Source: Peduovirus P24A7b
Reading direction: 5' to 3' (one strand)
Sequence record: NC_049390.1
DNA length: 32,848 bases
The notes under the pieces were generated by a model. The model did not search any database, was not told the origin of the DNA, and was given only the letters and a program-made list of their open reading frames with translations. Shown here in pieces: positions 9,437 through 18,673 of this stretch. The stretch's first letter is position 1, and every line of letters begins with the position of its first letter. The translations under genes and the position numbers were made by a program.

Positions 9437-10222
9437 TTATGAGTGATTTTTATTTGATGCTTTGTATTCTACAACCTTCTTATTGGCGTAAAGGAATTTT
9501 GTATATGACAGGAATATAACCAGACCTGAAATGAAATAGATGAGGGATATTATTAATAATGCTTTTTTTTGGCTGTTATTATCTTTAATTTCCTGACTTA
9601 ACCATTCCGAGTCCTCCTCGTTTAGCCGTAAGAGCTTATTGCAGGCGATCTCAGGAAGTGTGTCTTTTATAAATATGTTTCGTAGCCTCTTGCAATCGGC
9701 AAGGCTATAAGTTTTATTGAATTCAACTGTTTTATTGTTGAAGGATAAAAGAACTTTGTCACTATAAACATAGTACATCATATTTTTATATGGTATGCCT
9801 ATGGCATCTCTTACTATAGCGGATTGTTTGTTGTGTATATAACATGCGAAGAGAATATAAATAATGCTGGACAGAATTACAATTATTGTTTTAATTATGT
9901 GTGGTGGTTTTGTTATGTCACCCCAGAAGCGAGTAAGAAAAAAATACGATGTTTTTAGTTTTCCATCAATCAGCCCCTGCTGTATCATTCTCACATCTTC
10001 GATGCCTGATACATTGATTCCGTTAATTATTTTAAATAGTTGAATGTCGCGCCATTTTTTGTCGAGCATTTTTAACTTTCTGTCTGAATACTCAAAATTG
10101 AAATGATGTGCAATAAACCTCATAAGATTACTTTTACCAAAGGTAATAAATGTTAATGCTATTAATAAAAATAGATACAAAGAGATAAACCACCACGCAT
10201 TAGTCACATTATCACTGAACAT
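9437..10222 (-). CDS. Moron: hypothetical polytopic membrane protein (3 predicted TM helices), function unknown
   Basis: 261-aa ORF on the strand opposite the flanking late genes; visibly AT-rich; AGGAG Shine-Dalgarno 6 nt upstream of the ATG; hydrophobic segments near aa 9-29, 112-132 and 224-246; occupies the S-V position (orf30 in P2). Confidence 0.8.
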   Translation of the reverse strand: MFSDNVTNAWWFISLYLFLLIALTFITFGKSNLMRFIAHHFNFEYSDRKLKMLDKKWRDIQLFKIINGINVSGIEDVRMIQQGLIDGKLKTSYFFLTRFWGDITKPPHIIKTIIVILSSIIYILFACYIHNKQSAIVRDAIGIPYKNMMYYVYSDKVLLSFNNKTVEFNKTYSLADCKRLRNIFIKDTLPEIACNKLLRLNEEDSEWLSQEIKDNNSQKKALLIISLIYFISGLVIFLSYTKFLYANKKVVEYKASNKNHS

Positions 10223-10239
10223 TACGCTCTCCTCGAATG

Positions 10240-10258
10240 TTGTATGGTCGTTCTACAA
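10240..10258. promoter_or_regulatory. Dyad TTGTA-N9-TACAA in the V upstream region (candidate late-promoter activator site or operator)
   Basis: Perfect 5-bp inverted repeat in the 83-bp gap between the divergent moron and V; resembles, but is not identical in spacing to, the TGT-N12-ACA Ogr box as I recall it (here TGT-N11-ACA). Confidence 0.3.
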
Positions 10259-10305
10259 ATGAATCCAGATAGCATAACTTTTATATATTGTGCAATCTCA
10301 CACGC

Positions 10306-10941
10306 ATGAACACTCTCGCAAATATTCAGGAACTCGCGCGCGCACTGCGCAACATGATTCGTACCGGCCTTGTCGTCGAAACCAACCTTAAAGCCGGTCG
10401 CTGCCGTGTGCAGACCGGTGGCATGTGCACTGACTGGCTTCAGTGGCTGACCCATCGTGCCGGACGTTCGCGCACATGGTGGGCACCTTCCGTGGGGGAA
10501 CAGGTGCTGATTCTGGCTGTGGGCGGTGAACTCGACACGGCGTTCGTTCTGCCGGGGATTTATTCCGGCGATAACCCCGCGCCGTCTGCGTCGGCGGATG
10601 CCCTGCATATCCGTTTCCCTGACGGGGCGGTGATTGAGTATGAACCCGAAACCAGTGCACTCACGGTAAGCGGAATTAAAACGGCCAGCGTGACGGCTTC
10701 TGATTCTGTTACTGCCACGGTGCCGGTGGTCATGGTGAAAGCATCAACCCGCGTCACCCTGGACACACCGGAGGTGGTTTGCACCAACAGGCTGATTACC
10801 GGCACGCTGGAAGTGCAGAAGGGCGGGACGATGCGCGGCAACATTGAACACACCGGCGGTGAACTCTCATCAAACGGTAAGGTACTGCATACCCATAAAC
10901 ACCCCGGCGACAGCGGCGGCACAACCGGGAGCCCTCTATGA
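10306..10941 (+). CDS. V: Baseplate spike/assembly protein V
   Basis: Trimmed to ATG at 10306 (MNTLANIQELARALRNMIRTGLV...), 211 aa as for P2 gpV. Confidence 0.93.
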   Translation: MNTLANIQELARALRNMIRTGLVVETNLKAGRCRVQTGGMCTDWLQWLTHRAGRSRTWWAPSVGEQVLILAVGGELDTAFVLPGIYSGDNPAPSASADALHIRFPDGAVIEYEPETSALTVSGIKTASVTASDSVTATVPVVMVKASTRVTLDTPEVVCTNRLITGTLEVQKGGTMRGNIEHTGGELSSNGKVLHTHKHPGDSGGTTGSPL

Positions 10942-11285
10942 CAGCGCGTTATCTCGGAATGAATTGCAGTGATGGCCTGACTGTCACTGACCTTGAGCAT
11001 ATCAGCCAGAGTATCGGCGATATCCTGCGCACACCGGTCGGCTCGCGGGTGATGCGTCGTGATTACGGCTCGTTGCTGGCGTCAATGATTGACCAGCCGC
11101 AGACCCCGGCGCTTGAGTTGCAGATTAAGGTCGCCTGTTACATGGCGGTGCTGAAATGGGAACCCCGCGTCACCCTGTCATCCGTCACCACTGAGCGCAG
11201 TTTTGACGGGCGAATGACGGTCACCTTAACCGGCCAGCACAACGACACCGGCCAGCCACTTTCGTTAACCATCCCTGTGAGTTGA
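10938..11285 (+). CDS. W: Baseplate protein W
   Basis: 115 aa, matches P2 gpW; ATGA overlap with V. Confidence 0.93.
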   Translation: MTARYLGMNCSDGLTVTDLEHISQSIGDILRTPVGSRVMRRDYGSLLASMIDQPQTPALELQIKVACYMAVLKWEPRVTLSSVTTERSFDGRMTVTLTGQHNDTGQPLSLTIPVS

Positions 11286-11289
11286 AACC

Positions 11290-12198
11290 ATGCCGATTAT
11301 CGACCTGAACCAGCTACCCGCACCGGATGTGGTCGAGGAGCTGGACTTTGAAACCATTCTCGCCGAACGCAAGGCGACACTGATTTCCCTTTACCCGGAA
11401 GCCCAGCAGGAGGCGGTCGCCCGTACCCTGACGCTGGAATCCGAGCCTCTCGTCAAATTGCTGGAGGAAAATGCTTATCGTGAGCTTATCTGGCGTCAGC
11501 GTGTGAATGAGGCCGCACGGGCGGTGATGCTGGCCTGTGCCGCGGGTAATGACCTTGATGTGATTGGTGCCAATTACAACACCACGCGTCTGACTATCAC
11601 CCCGGCAGATGATTCGACTATCCCGCCGACACCGGCAGTGATGGAATCTGATACCGATTATCGTCTGCGTATTCAGCAGGCGTTTGAGGGTTTAAGCGTC
11701 GCCGGGTCGGTGGGTGCCTATCAGTATCATGGTCGCAGTGCTGACGGGCGTGTCGCGGATATCTCTGTCACCAGTCCGTCTCCGGCCTGCGTCACCATCT
11801 CTGTGCTGTCACGTGAGAATAACGGTGTCGCATCCGAAGACCTGCTGGCGGTGGTGCGTAACGCCCTGAATGGCGAGGACGTCAGACCGGTGGCCGACCG
11901 CGTGACCGTGCAGTCTGCCGCCATTGTTGAATACCAGATAAACGCCACGCTTTACCTTTACCCTGGTCCCGAAAGCGAACCCATCCGCGCTGCTGCCGTG
12001 AAAAAACTGGAAGCGTACATCACGGCACAGCACCGGCTGGGGCGCGACATCCGTCTGTCTGCCATTTATGCCGCTTTGCATGTGGAAGGCGTGCAGCGTG
12101 TCGAACTGGCTGCACCGCTGGCCGATATCGTGCTTAACAGCACGCAGGCGTCTTTCTGTACTGAATACCGCGTCGTGACCGGAGGCTCGGATGAGTGA
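11290..12198 (+). CDS. J: Baseplate assembly protein J
   Basis: 302 aa, matches P2 gpJ. Confidence 0.95.
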   Translation: MPIIDLNQLPAPDVVEELDFETILAERKATLISLYPEAQQEAVARTLTLESEPLVKLLEENAYRELIWRQRVNEAARAVMLACAAGNDLDVIGANYNTTRLTITPADDSTIPPTPAVMESDTDYRLRIQQAFEGLSVAGSVGAYQYHGRSADGRVADISVTSPSPACVTISVLSRENNGVASEDLLAVVRNALNGEDVRPVADRVTVQSAAIVEYQINATLYLYPGPESEPIRAAAVKKLEAYITAQHRLGRDIRLSAIYAALHVEGVQRVELAAPLADIVLNSTQASFCTEYRVVTGGSDE

Positions 12199-12721
12199 TT
12201 CGCGACTGCTGCCGACCGGCTCATCACCGCTTGAGGTCGCCGCCGCAAAAGCCTGTGCGGAAATTGAAAAAACACCGGTCAGTATTCGTGAGCTGTGGAA
12301 CCCGGACACCTGCCCGGCAAATCTGCTGCCGTGGCTGGCGTGGGCGTTTTCGGTCGACAGATGGGATGAAAAGTGGCCGGAAGCAACAAAACGCGCCGTT
12401 ATCCGCGATGCCTATTTCATCCACTGTCATAAAGGCACTATCGGCGCAATCCGGCGTGTGGTGGAGCCGCTCGGCTATCTCATTAACGTAAAGGAATGGT
12501 GGGAGACAAACGACCCGGCCGGAACCTTTCGCCTTGATATCGGTGTGCTGGAAAGCGGCATCACAGAGGAGATGTATCTGGAAATGGAACGGCTGATTGC
12601 CGATGCCAAACCCGCAAGTCGCCACCTTATCGGTCTGAACATTATCCAGGACATTCCCGGCTATCTGTATACAGGCGGTGTGGTCTGTGATGGTGATGTT
12701 ATTACTGTTTATCCCGGATAA
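12191..12721 (+). CDS. I: Baseplate protein I
   Basis: 176 aa, matches P2 gpI. Confidence 0.93.
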   Translation: MSDSRLLPTGSSPLEVAAAKACAEIEKTPVSIRELWNPDTCPANLLPWLAWAFSVDRWDEKWPEATKRAVIRDAYFIHCHKGTIGAIRRVVEPLGYLINVKEWWETNDPAGTFRLDIGVLESGITEEMYLEMERLIADAKPASRHLIGLNIIQDIPGYLYTGGVVCDGDVITVYPG

Positions 12722-12731
12722 GTGAGAAACA

Positions 12732-15356
12732 ATGAGCACGAAATTTAAAACCGTTATCACTACTGCCGGAGCCGCGAAGCTGGCAGCCGCCACTGTTCCC
12801 GGCGGGAAAAAAGTAAACCTGTCTGCAATGGCTGTGGGGGACGGTAATGGCCAATTGCCGGTGCCGGATGCCGGTCAGACGAAACTGGTGCATGAAGTCT
12901 GGCGTCACGCTCTGAATAAAGTCAGCGTGGATAATAAGAATAAAAACTATATCGTGGCTGAACTGGTTGTTCCGCCCGAAGTGGGCGGCTTCTGGATGCG
13001 TGAGCTTGGTCTGTATGATGATGCCGGAACACTGATTGCGGTATCCAACATGGCAGAAAGCTATAAGCCAGAACTGGCTGAAGGCTCCGGACGTGCGCAG
13101 ACCTGCCGCATGGTTATTATTCTCAGCAACGTGGCGTCCGTTGAGCTGAGTATTGATGCCAGCACAGTGATGGCGACGCAGGATTACGTCGATGACAAAA
13201 TCGCAGAGCATGAGCAGTCCCGCCGCCATCCTGACGCCACGCTGACAGAAAAAGGTTTTACTCAGTTAAGCAGTGCAACAAACAGCACCAGTGAAAAGCT
13301 GGCGGCAACGCCAAAGGCAGTAAAAGCAGCCTATGACAATGCTGAGAAACGTCTGCAGAAAGACCAGAACGGTGGCGATATTCCAGATAAGGGCGCTTTT
13401 CTGGACAATGTTGGCGTTACCAGCCTGACGTTTATGAAACACAATGGAATGATTCCAACCACTGACAATCTTGACTCCTATGGCCCAGAAGAAAAATATC
13501 TTGGAACGTGGTCATGCCCGTCACAATCCACTGCAAAACCAGAGTCTGGTTACCCTGAAGATAAAGGCAATGGGGTTCTGGAAGTATTCAATGCTGGTCG
13601 CTTTCACTGCACACAACGCTACACCACCCGAACCGGTAATATTTACATTCGGATGCTTGATGCAGAATGGAACCCTGTCAGTCCTGTATGGAGTGCATGG
13701 AGAGTTATTACAAGCGGGACTCGCCCATTAAGCACGTCAATTGACCTGAATTCTTTAGGTGGTGCGGAACACCTGGGAATATGGCGCAATAGCAGTACAT
13801 CAATAGCCTCATTTGACCGTCATTTCCCGGAGGAAGGGAGTTTTGGGCAGGGTATTCTGGAAGTCTTTGAAGGAGGTCTGTATGGGAGGATGCAACGTTA
13901 CACCACCCGTAGTGGGACTATGTACATTCGCGGACTGACTGCCTCATGGGATGCAGAAAATCCACAATGGGAGGACTGGATTGCTGTTGGGTATCAGTCC
14001 ACGGGATGGACTTATTCAGGGGATCTTGATGACCTTTTAAAGCCTGGTATTTATAGCGTTACGAAACAGGCCACAAATGCACCTGTCACCGACTCTAAAG
14101 ATCTTGCTGTTGGCTCAATAGTTGAAGTGAAAAAACGTTGTGATATTGAATCGTATATCCAGACATACACGACTGTTTCAGCAACGGATGCCTATAAAAA
14201 CCGGACATTTCAGCGAACCCGCGCCAGCGGTGAAACTGACTGGGGGGAATGGGCGGAAGTATACAACTCAAAATCATTACTCACTAAATTAGGTGTCGGC
14301 GGTGTTACCGACAGGTTATCCAGTCTGGACTGGCAGACCTACGACTTTATACCGGGCAGCATGATAACTGTCAGGCTTTCAGATATGACCAATATTCCCG
14401 ATGGGATGGAATGGGGCGTCATTGATACTAACCTGATAAATATCACTGTTGGCCCCAGTGAAGGCGGAGGTGTCGCCCGTTCAATGCAGGTATGGCGCAG
14501 CACTTCAAACAAAACCAACTATCGTTTTTTTACAGTCCGCTTATATGGCAATCCTGGGGAGCGTAGCTTCAATATTCGTCGGCTACCAATTATCGACGAA
14601 GCCCAGACATGGGAGGCAAAACAGACATTCAGTGCAGGCCTTTCTGGTGAACTGTCCGGCAATGCGGCTACAGCAACAAAGCTGAAAACGGCAAGGACAA
14701 TTAACGGCGTAAAATTTGACGGCTCGGCAAATATTGAAGCGTTTCCGCCTGGTGTTCCGCTGCCGTGGCCATCAGATACACCACCTGCAGGATATGCAAT
14801 CATGCAGGGGCAGACGTTTGATAAGACTGCATATCCGAAACTGGCTATTGCCTATCCTTCTGGTGTTATTCCAGATATGCGCGGCTGGACAATCAAGGGC
14901 AAACCCGCCAGTGGGCGTGCCGTATTGTCACAGGAACAGGACGGGATTAAATCGCATACTCACAGTGCCAGTGCGTCAAATACGGATTTGGGAACGAAAA
15001 CAACCAGTTCGTTTGATTACGGGACGAAGACAGTCAGTACGTTTAACTACGGAACAAAAACCACTAATACCACTGGTAACCATACACATACCATTTACAG
15101 AGGGAATGCCAATACTAATGGTGAAACCGGTAAAACAGGCTTTGACAACCCATCGTTTAATGGCACATCAGGAGCTGCCGGGAATCATGCCCACACGGTA
15201 GATATTGGCGCACATAATCATACGGTTGGTATTGGTGCACATTCACACACGGTTGCTATTGGCTCACACGGGCACTCTATTACCGTTAATGCTACAGGTA
15301 ATACAGAAAACACCGTCAAAAACATCGCATTCAACTATATTGTGAGGCTTGCATAA
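12732..15356 (+). CDS. H: Tail fibre protein H (enlarged, 874 aa)
   Basis: N-terminus ([25 protein letters not shown]...) is the conserved P2 H baseplate-attachment region; centre holds 3-4 tandem about 85-aa repeats; C-terminus is a variable receptor-binding region with His-x-His repeats. Confidence 0.92.
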   Translation: MSTKFKTVITTAGAAKLAAATVPGGKKVNLSAMAVGDGNGQLPVPDAGQTKLVHEVWRHALNKVSVDNKNKNYIVAELVVPPEVGGFWMRELGLYDDAGTLIAVSNMAESYKPELAEGSGRAQTCRMVIILSNVASVELSIDASTVMATQDYVDDKIAEHEQSRRHPDATLTEKGFTQLSSATNSTSEKLAATPKAVKAAYDNAEKRLQKDQNGGDIPDKGAFLDNVGVTSLTFMKHNGMIPTTDNLDSYGPEEKYLGTWSCPSQSTAKPESGYPEDKGNGVLEVFNAGRFHCTQRYTTRTGNIYIRMLDAEWNPVSPVWSAWRVITSGTRPLSTSIDLNSLGGAEHLGIWRNSSTSIASFDRHFPEEGSFGQGILEVFEGGLYGRMQRYTTRSGTMYIRGLTASWDAENPQWEDWIAVGYQSTGWTYSGDLDDLLKPGIYSVTKQATNAPVTDSKDLAVGSIVEVKKRCDIESYIQTYTTVSATDAYKNRTFQRTRASGETDWGEWAEVYNSKSLLTKLGVGGVTDRLSSLDWQTYDFIPGSMITVRLSDMTNIPDGMEWGVIDTNLINITVGPSEGGGVARSMQVWRSTSNKTNYRFFTVRLYGNPGERSFNIRRLPIIDEAQTWEAKQTFSAGLSGELSGNAATATKLKTARTINGVKFDGSANIEAFPPGVPLPWPSDTPPAGYAIMQGQTFDKTAYPKLAIAYPSGVIPDMRGWTIKGKPASGRAVLSQEQDGIKSHTHSASASNTDLGTKTTSSFDYGTKTVSTFNYGTKTTNTTGNHTHTIYRGNANTNGETGKTGFDNPSFNGTSGAAGNHAHTVDIGAHNHTVGIGAHSHTVAIGSHGHSITVNATGNTENTVKNIAFNYIVRLA
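15174..15281 (+). repeat. Tandem about 27-bp coding repeats (about 4 units) at the 3' end of H
   Basis: Units 15201-15227, 15228-15254 and 15255-15281 plus a diverged unit upstream, encoding (G/A)HxHTV(D/G/A)IGA-type motifs. Confidence 0.6.
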
Positions 15357-15934
15357 TGGCTTTCAGAATGAGTGCAGAAGCACAAACTATCCGCGTTTTC
15401 AATTTACTTGATGGAACCAATGAATTTATTGGCGAAAGTGATGCATATATTCCACCGTATACTGGCCTGCCTGCAAACAGTACAGATATTGCACCACCTG
15501 ATATTCCTGCTGGTTATGCAGCCGTTTTCAATGCAGATGAAATGAAATGGGAGTTGATGGAAGATCATCGCGGAAAGACTGTCTACGAAACGAAAACGGG
15601 AGCAGCCATTTATATTTCTGAACTTGGCGCATTACCTCCAGACGTGACAGCCATTTCCCCGGATGGGGATTATCAGAAATGGAACGGAAATGCGTGGGTG
15701 AATGATGAGAATGCAGAGCGTGATGCACTTGTCAGAGCGGCGGAGTCTCAGAAGAAAGAGCAGATTGCATATGCCGGTGAAATTATTGCCACGCTGCAGG
15801 ATGCTGTCGATTTAGATATGGCTACCGAGGAAGAAAAGTTAAGTCTGACACACTGGAAAAAATACCGTGTGCTACTGAATCGCGTTCAGCCGGAAGATGC
15901 TCCGGATATAGAATGGCCGGAAATGCCGCGATAA
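15356..15934 (+). CDS. G: Tail fibre assembly chaperone G
   Basis: 192-aa ORF directly after H with ATGG overlap; conserved tail-fibre-assembly N-terminus; the variable C-terminus co-varies with the H tip. Confidence 0.88.
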   Translation: MAFRMSAEAQTIRVFNLLDGTNEFIGESDAYIPPYTGLPANSTDIAPPDIPAGYAAVFNADEMKWELMEDHRGKTVYETKTGAAIYISELGALPPDVTAISPDGDYQKWNGNAWVNDENAERDALVRAAESQKKEQIAYAGEIIATLQDAVDLDMATEEEKLSLTHWKKYRVLLNRVQPEDAPDIEWPEMPR

Positions 15935-16190
15935 ATTGTATTAGCTCGGATGTGAGTTTACACATCTATAGCACAGAGTAAAACCTAATCTGGCTGTCCG
16001 CTCTGTGCTAGGAGCGGACATTACCAAGTAACATGCCTTAATCAAAAGGAAATGGTTAATATATGCCATCATTGTTTGAAAAATACGCAGTCATATATTG
16101 CTATGAACATTGTTGGTGCATTAACTTGCTTAAGAAACTACAATTAAGCATCATAAAATACTCTTATGACTTTTAAGGCTCTACCGTATC

Positions 16191-16598
16191 ATGGCTAAGC
16201 GGATTCCTGGTGTTAGTAAAGAATGGTCTAACTATCTCCTTTGTTTATTATTACATATGTCTTTACCTCTCTTACCTTTGGGGTTCGAGACACTTGTGCG
16301 TTCCGATCACTTGCCATCAATACAAACATTAAACATTACAGCGGCGTTTTATGCGATCTCGATAGGGCTTTCTTCTAAGAACGTTGCTATGTTTGGTTTG
16401 GGTATATTCGTGAGCATTTGTTTCTCTGTTGTATTTGGGATTGTTTCTTCAAATCCTAATTCTGATCCTAATCTTAATTTTAATGATAACTTGTATTTTT
16501 ATTCTCCAATTGCGTGTATTGTTGCTATATTTGTTATACATGCATGTGAACGATATAACAGGCATGTTGCTGATTGTACACCATTTTTTGAGTTTTAA
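16191..16598 (+). CDS. Hotspot cargo gene 1: small polytopic membrane protein (135 aa), function unknown
   Basis: AT-rich ORF at the G-FI (P2 Z/fun) position; 3-4 hydrophobic helices; Asn/Pro-rich loop NPNSDPNLNFNDN; weak Shine-Dalgarno, so the exact start is uncertain (alternative ATG at 16255). Confidence 0.65.
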   Translation: MAKRIPGVSKEWSNYLLCLLLHMSLPLLPLGFETLVRSDHLPSIQTLNITAAFYAISIGLSSKNVAMFGLGIFVSICFSVVFGIVSSNPNSDPNLNFNDNLYFYSPIACIVAIFVIHACERYNRHVADCTPFFEF

Positions 16599-16607
16599 GG
16601 GGGTGCT

Positions 16608-17099
16608 ATGATTGATACAATTATCCCAGTAATACTATCAATTCTCCCGGCAATACTATCTATATTTAGCTTAGTAGCTGTTTCTATAGGTGCATTAGTA
16701 TCTATCAGGTCTGTTAAAAAAAGACGTGAAATAGAAGTTCAGCTTTTTAATGAGATAATAAATCAACAAATTAAACAAACTAAAAGCAACCGTAAAAAGG
16801 ATCTTGAAAATAGTGTTAATGAAATAGAAAATGAACTCAAGAGAAGAGTTGATATTTTGAATAAAATGCAAAAAGATCTAGAAGCAGTTTCAGAGAACAA
16901 ATACTATTTTGATAAAGCAAAATATCTTCGAAATGTCAAGTATGGAGAGTATTTATTAGAGATAAATGAAGCTGTGAATAATATTGATAATAAAAACAAA
17001 CACTTACTAAATAACGCTCTTAATCAAAGCTCTGAGATTGGAAAAGTAAGATATCTTGGAAGAATAACAAAGGAAGCACTGGAAAAAACAGTAGGCTGA
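16608..17099 (+). CDS. Hotspot cargo gene 2: membrane-anchored charged/coiled-coil protein (163 aa), function unknown
   Basis: Strong Shine-Dalgarno (AAGGGGG) 7 nt upstream of the ATG; 9-nt gap from gene 1; N-terminal hydrophobic helix (aa 4-32) then a K/E/N-rich heptad-like region; AT-rich. Confidence 0.8.
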   Translation: MIDTIIPVILSILPAILSIFSLVAVSIGALVSIRSVKKRREIEVQLFNEIINQQIKQTKSNRKKDLENSVNEIENELKRRVDILNKMQKDLEAVSENKYYFDKAKYLRNVKYGEYLLEINEAVNNIDNKNKHLLNNALNQSSEIGKVRYLGRITKEALEKTVG

Positions 17100-17125
17100 T
17101 CATTTTTTCCGCTCGTAATAGATAA

Positions 17126-17156
17126 ACTCAAAGGTTCTTTTTGAGAGCCTTTGAGT
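17126..17156 (+). terminator. Hairpin downstream of the cargo operon
   Basis: ACTCAAAGG / CCTTTGAGT 9-bp perfect stem with a 13-nt loop, 27 nt after the stop at 17099; only a short T-run follows. Confidence 0.4.
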
Positions 17157-17343
17157 TTCAATCTTACCAATATTACTCACCATTTCTTTAGCAGCAATTT
17201 GGGGACTATAACTTCTACTTCTTGCTGTGAGTTCAACCGATGGATACAACACATTGGCTAAAACGCCCTGTGGGTGATTCATAGTCTAGCGTTTGGACTC
17301 CGTAAATTCACAGTTGGAAACTGAGCGAGTACAAATCAAGGCC

Positions 17344-17370
17344 GGCGGGCTGATTGCCCGCCTTTTCTTT
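17344..17370 (+). terminator. Intrinsic terminator insulating the hotspot from the FI late operon
   Basis: GGCGGGC-tgatt-GCCCGCC stem-loop followed by TTTTCTTT. Confidence 0.7.
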
Positions 17371-17470
17371 ACCGGTGGTTGTGCTGTTGATTAGCCAACC
17401 GGGACAAATAGCCTGACATCTCCGGCACAACTGAAAATACCACTCACCCATTAACCACGGAGTTAAACGG

Positions 17471-18661
17471 ATGAGTGACTATCATCACGGCGTGCAGGTG
17501 CTGGAGATTAACGACGGCACCCGCGTCATTTCCACCGTATCCACGGCCATTGTCGGCATGGTCTGCACAGCCAGCGATGCGGATGCGGAAACCTTCCCCC
17601 TCAATAAACCGGTGCTGATTACCAATGTGCAGAGCGCAATTGCAAAGGCTGGTAAAAAAGGCACGCTGGCGGCGTCGTTGCAGGCCATCGCTGACCAGTC
17701 AAAACCGGTCACCGTTGTCGTGCGTGTTGAAGACGGCACAGGCGACGACGAAGAAACGAAACTCGCGCAGACCGTTTCCAATATCATCGGCACCACCGAC
17801 GAAAACGGTCAGTACACCGGACTGAAAGCCCTGATGGGGGCTGAGTCGGTTACCGGCGTTAAACCGCGCATTCTTGGTGTGCCGGGGCTGGACACCAAAG
17901 AGGTTGCCGTCGCACTGGCATCGGTATGCCAGGAACTGAATGCATTCGGGTATATCAGCGCATGGGGCTGTAAAACCATTTCCGAGGTGAAAGCCTACCG
18001 CCAGAATTTCAGCCAGCGTGAGCTGATGGTTATCTGGCCGGATTTCCTCGCATGGGATACGGTCACCAGTACCACCGCCACCGCGTATGCCACCGCCCGT
18101 GCGCTGGGGCTGCGCGCTAAAATCGACCAGGAGCAGGGCTGGCATAAAACGCTGTCCAACGTCGGGGTAAACGGTGTTACCGGCATCAGTGCATCTGTAT
18201 TCTGGGATTTGCAGAAGTCTGGCACTGATGCTGACCTGCTGAACGAGGCAGGCGTCACAACGCTGGTTCGCCGCGACGGTTTCCGTTTCTGGGGTAACCG
18301 TACCTGCTCCGATGACCCACTGTTCCTCTTTGAAAGCTACACACGCACTGCGCAGGTACTGGCCGACACGATGGCTGAGGCGCACATGTGGGCTATTGAT
18401 AAGCCCATCACCGCAACGCTGATTCGCGACATCATTGACGGCATCAATGCCAAATTCCGCGAACTGAAAAACAACGGTTATATCGTGGATGGCACATGCT
18501 GGTTCAGTGAAGAATCCAACGATGCGGAAACCCTCAAGGCCGGAAAACTGTATATCGACTACGACTATACCCCGGTGCCTCCCCTCGAAAACCTGACCCT
18601 GCGCCAGCGTATTACTTCAAGATACCTGGCAAGTCTGGTCACCTCGGTTAACAGCAATTAA
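17471..18661 (+). CDS. FI: Tail sheath protein
   Basis: 396 aa, MSDYHHGVQVLEINDGTRVISTVSTAIVGMV...; matches P2 gpFI. Confidence 0.95.
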   Translation: MSDYHHGVQVLEINDGTRVISTVSTAIVGMVCTASDADAETFPLNKPVLITNVQSAIAKAGKKGTLAASLQAIADQSKPVTVVVRVEDGTGDDEETKLAQTVSNIIGTTDENGQYTGLKALMGAESVTGVKPRILGVPGLDTKEVAVALASVCQELNAFGYISAWGCKTISEVKAYRQNFSQRELMVIWPDFLAWDTVTSTTATAYATARALGLRAKIDQEQGWHKTLSNVGVNGVTGISASVFWDLQKSGTDADLLNEAGVTTLVRRDGFRFWGNRTCSDDPLFLFESYTRTAQVLADTMAEAHMWAIDKPITATLIRDIIDGINAKFRELKNNGYIVDGTCWFSEESNDAETLKAGKLYIDYDYTPVPPLENLTLRQRITSRYLASLVTSVNSN

Positions 18662-18673
18662 GGAGCCTGACCG

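Noticed and set aside
15174-15281. Possible CRISPR-like array suggested by regular about 27-bp repeats
   Set aside because: The repeats are in frame inside tail fibre gene H and encode HxH peptide repeats; there are no unique spacers, leader or cas genes.
12732-15934. Invertible tail-fibre segment (Mu G / P1 C-type host-range switch)
   Set aside because: No invertase (gin/cin-like) gene and no flanking inverted repeats; a single H followed by a single co-oriented G chaperone is the normal P2 arrangement.
15941-15950. The 10-mer TTAGCTCGGA occurs upstream of both the Z/fun-position cassette (15941-15950) and the tin/old-position cargo (30965-30974), suggesting a shared regulator site
   Set aside because: A single shared 10-mer is expected by chance many times in a 33-kb sequence; flanking sequence does not align, so I do not claim a common operator.
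17699-18385. 228-aa minus-strand ORF inside tail sheath gene FI, and similar long antisense ORFs inside T (20682..21116, 21150..21839), H and I (12224..12793, 12702..13229) and M (5302..5901)
   Set aside because: Antisense to conserved structural genes with excellent P2 matches; Ala/Arg/Gly-rich translations characteristic of the reverse frame of GC-rich genes.
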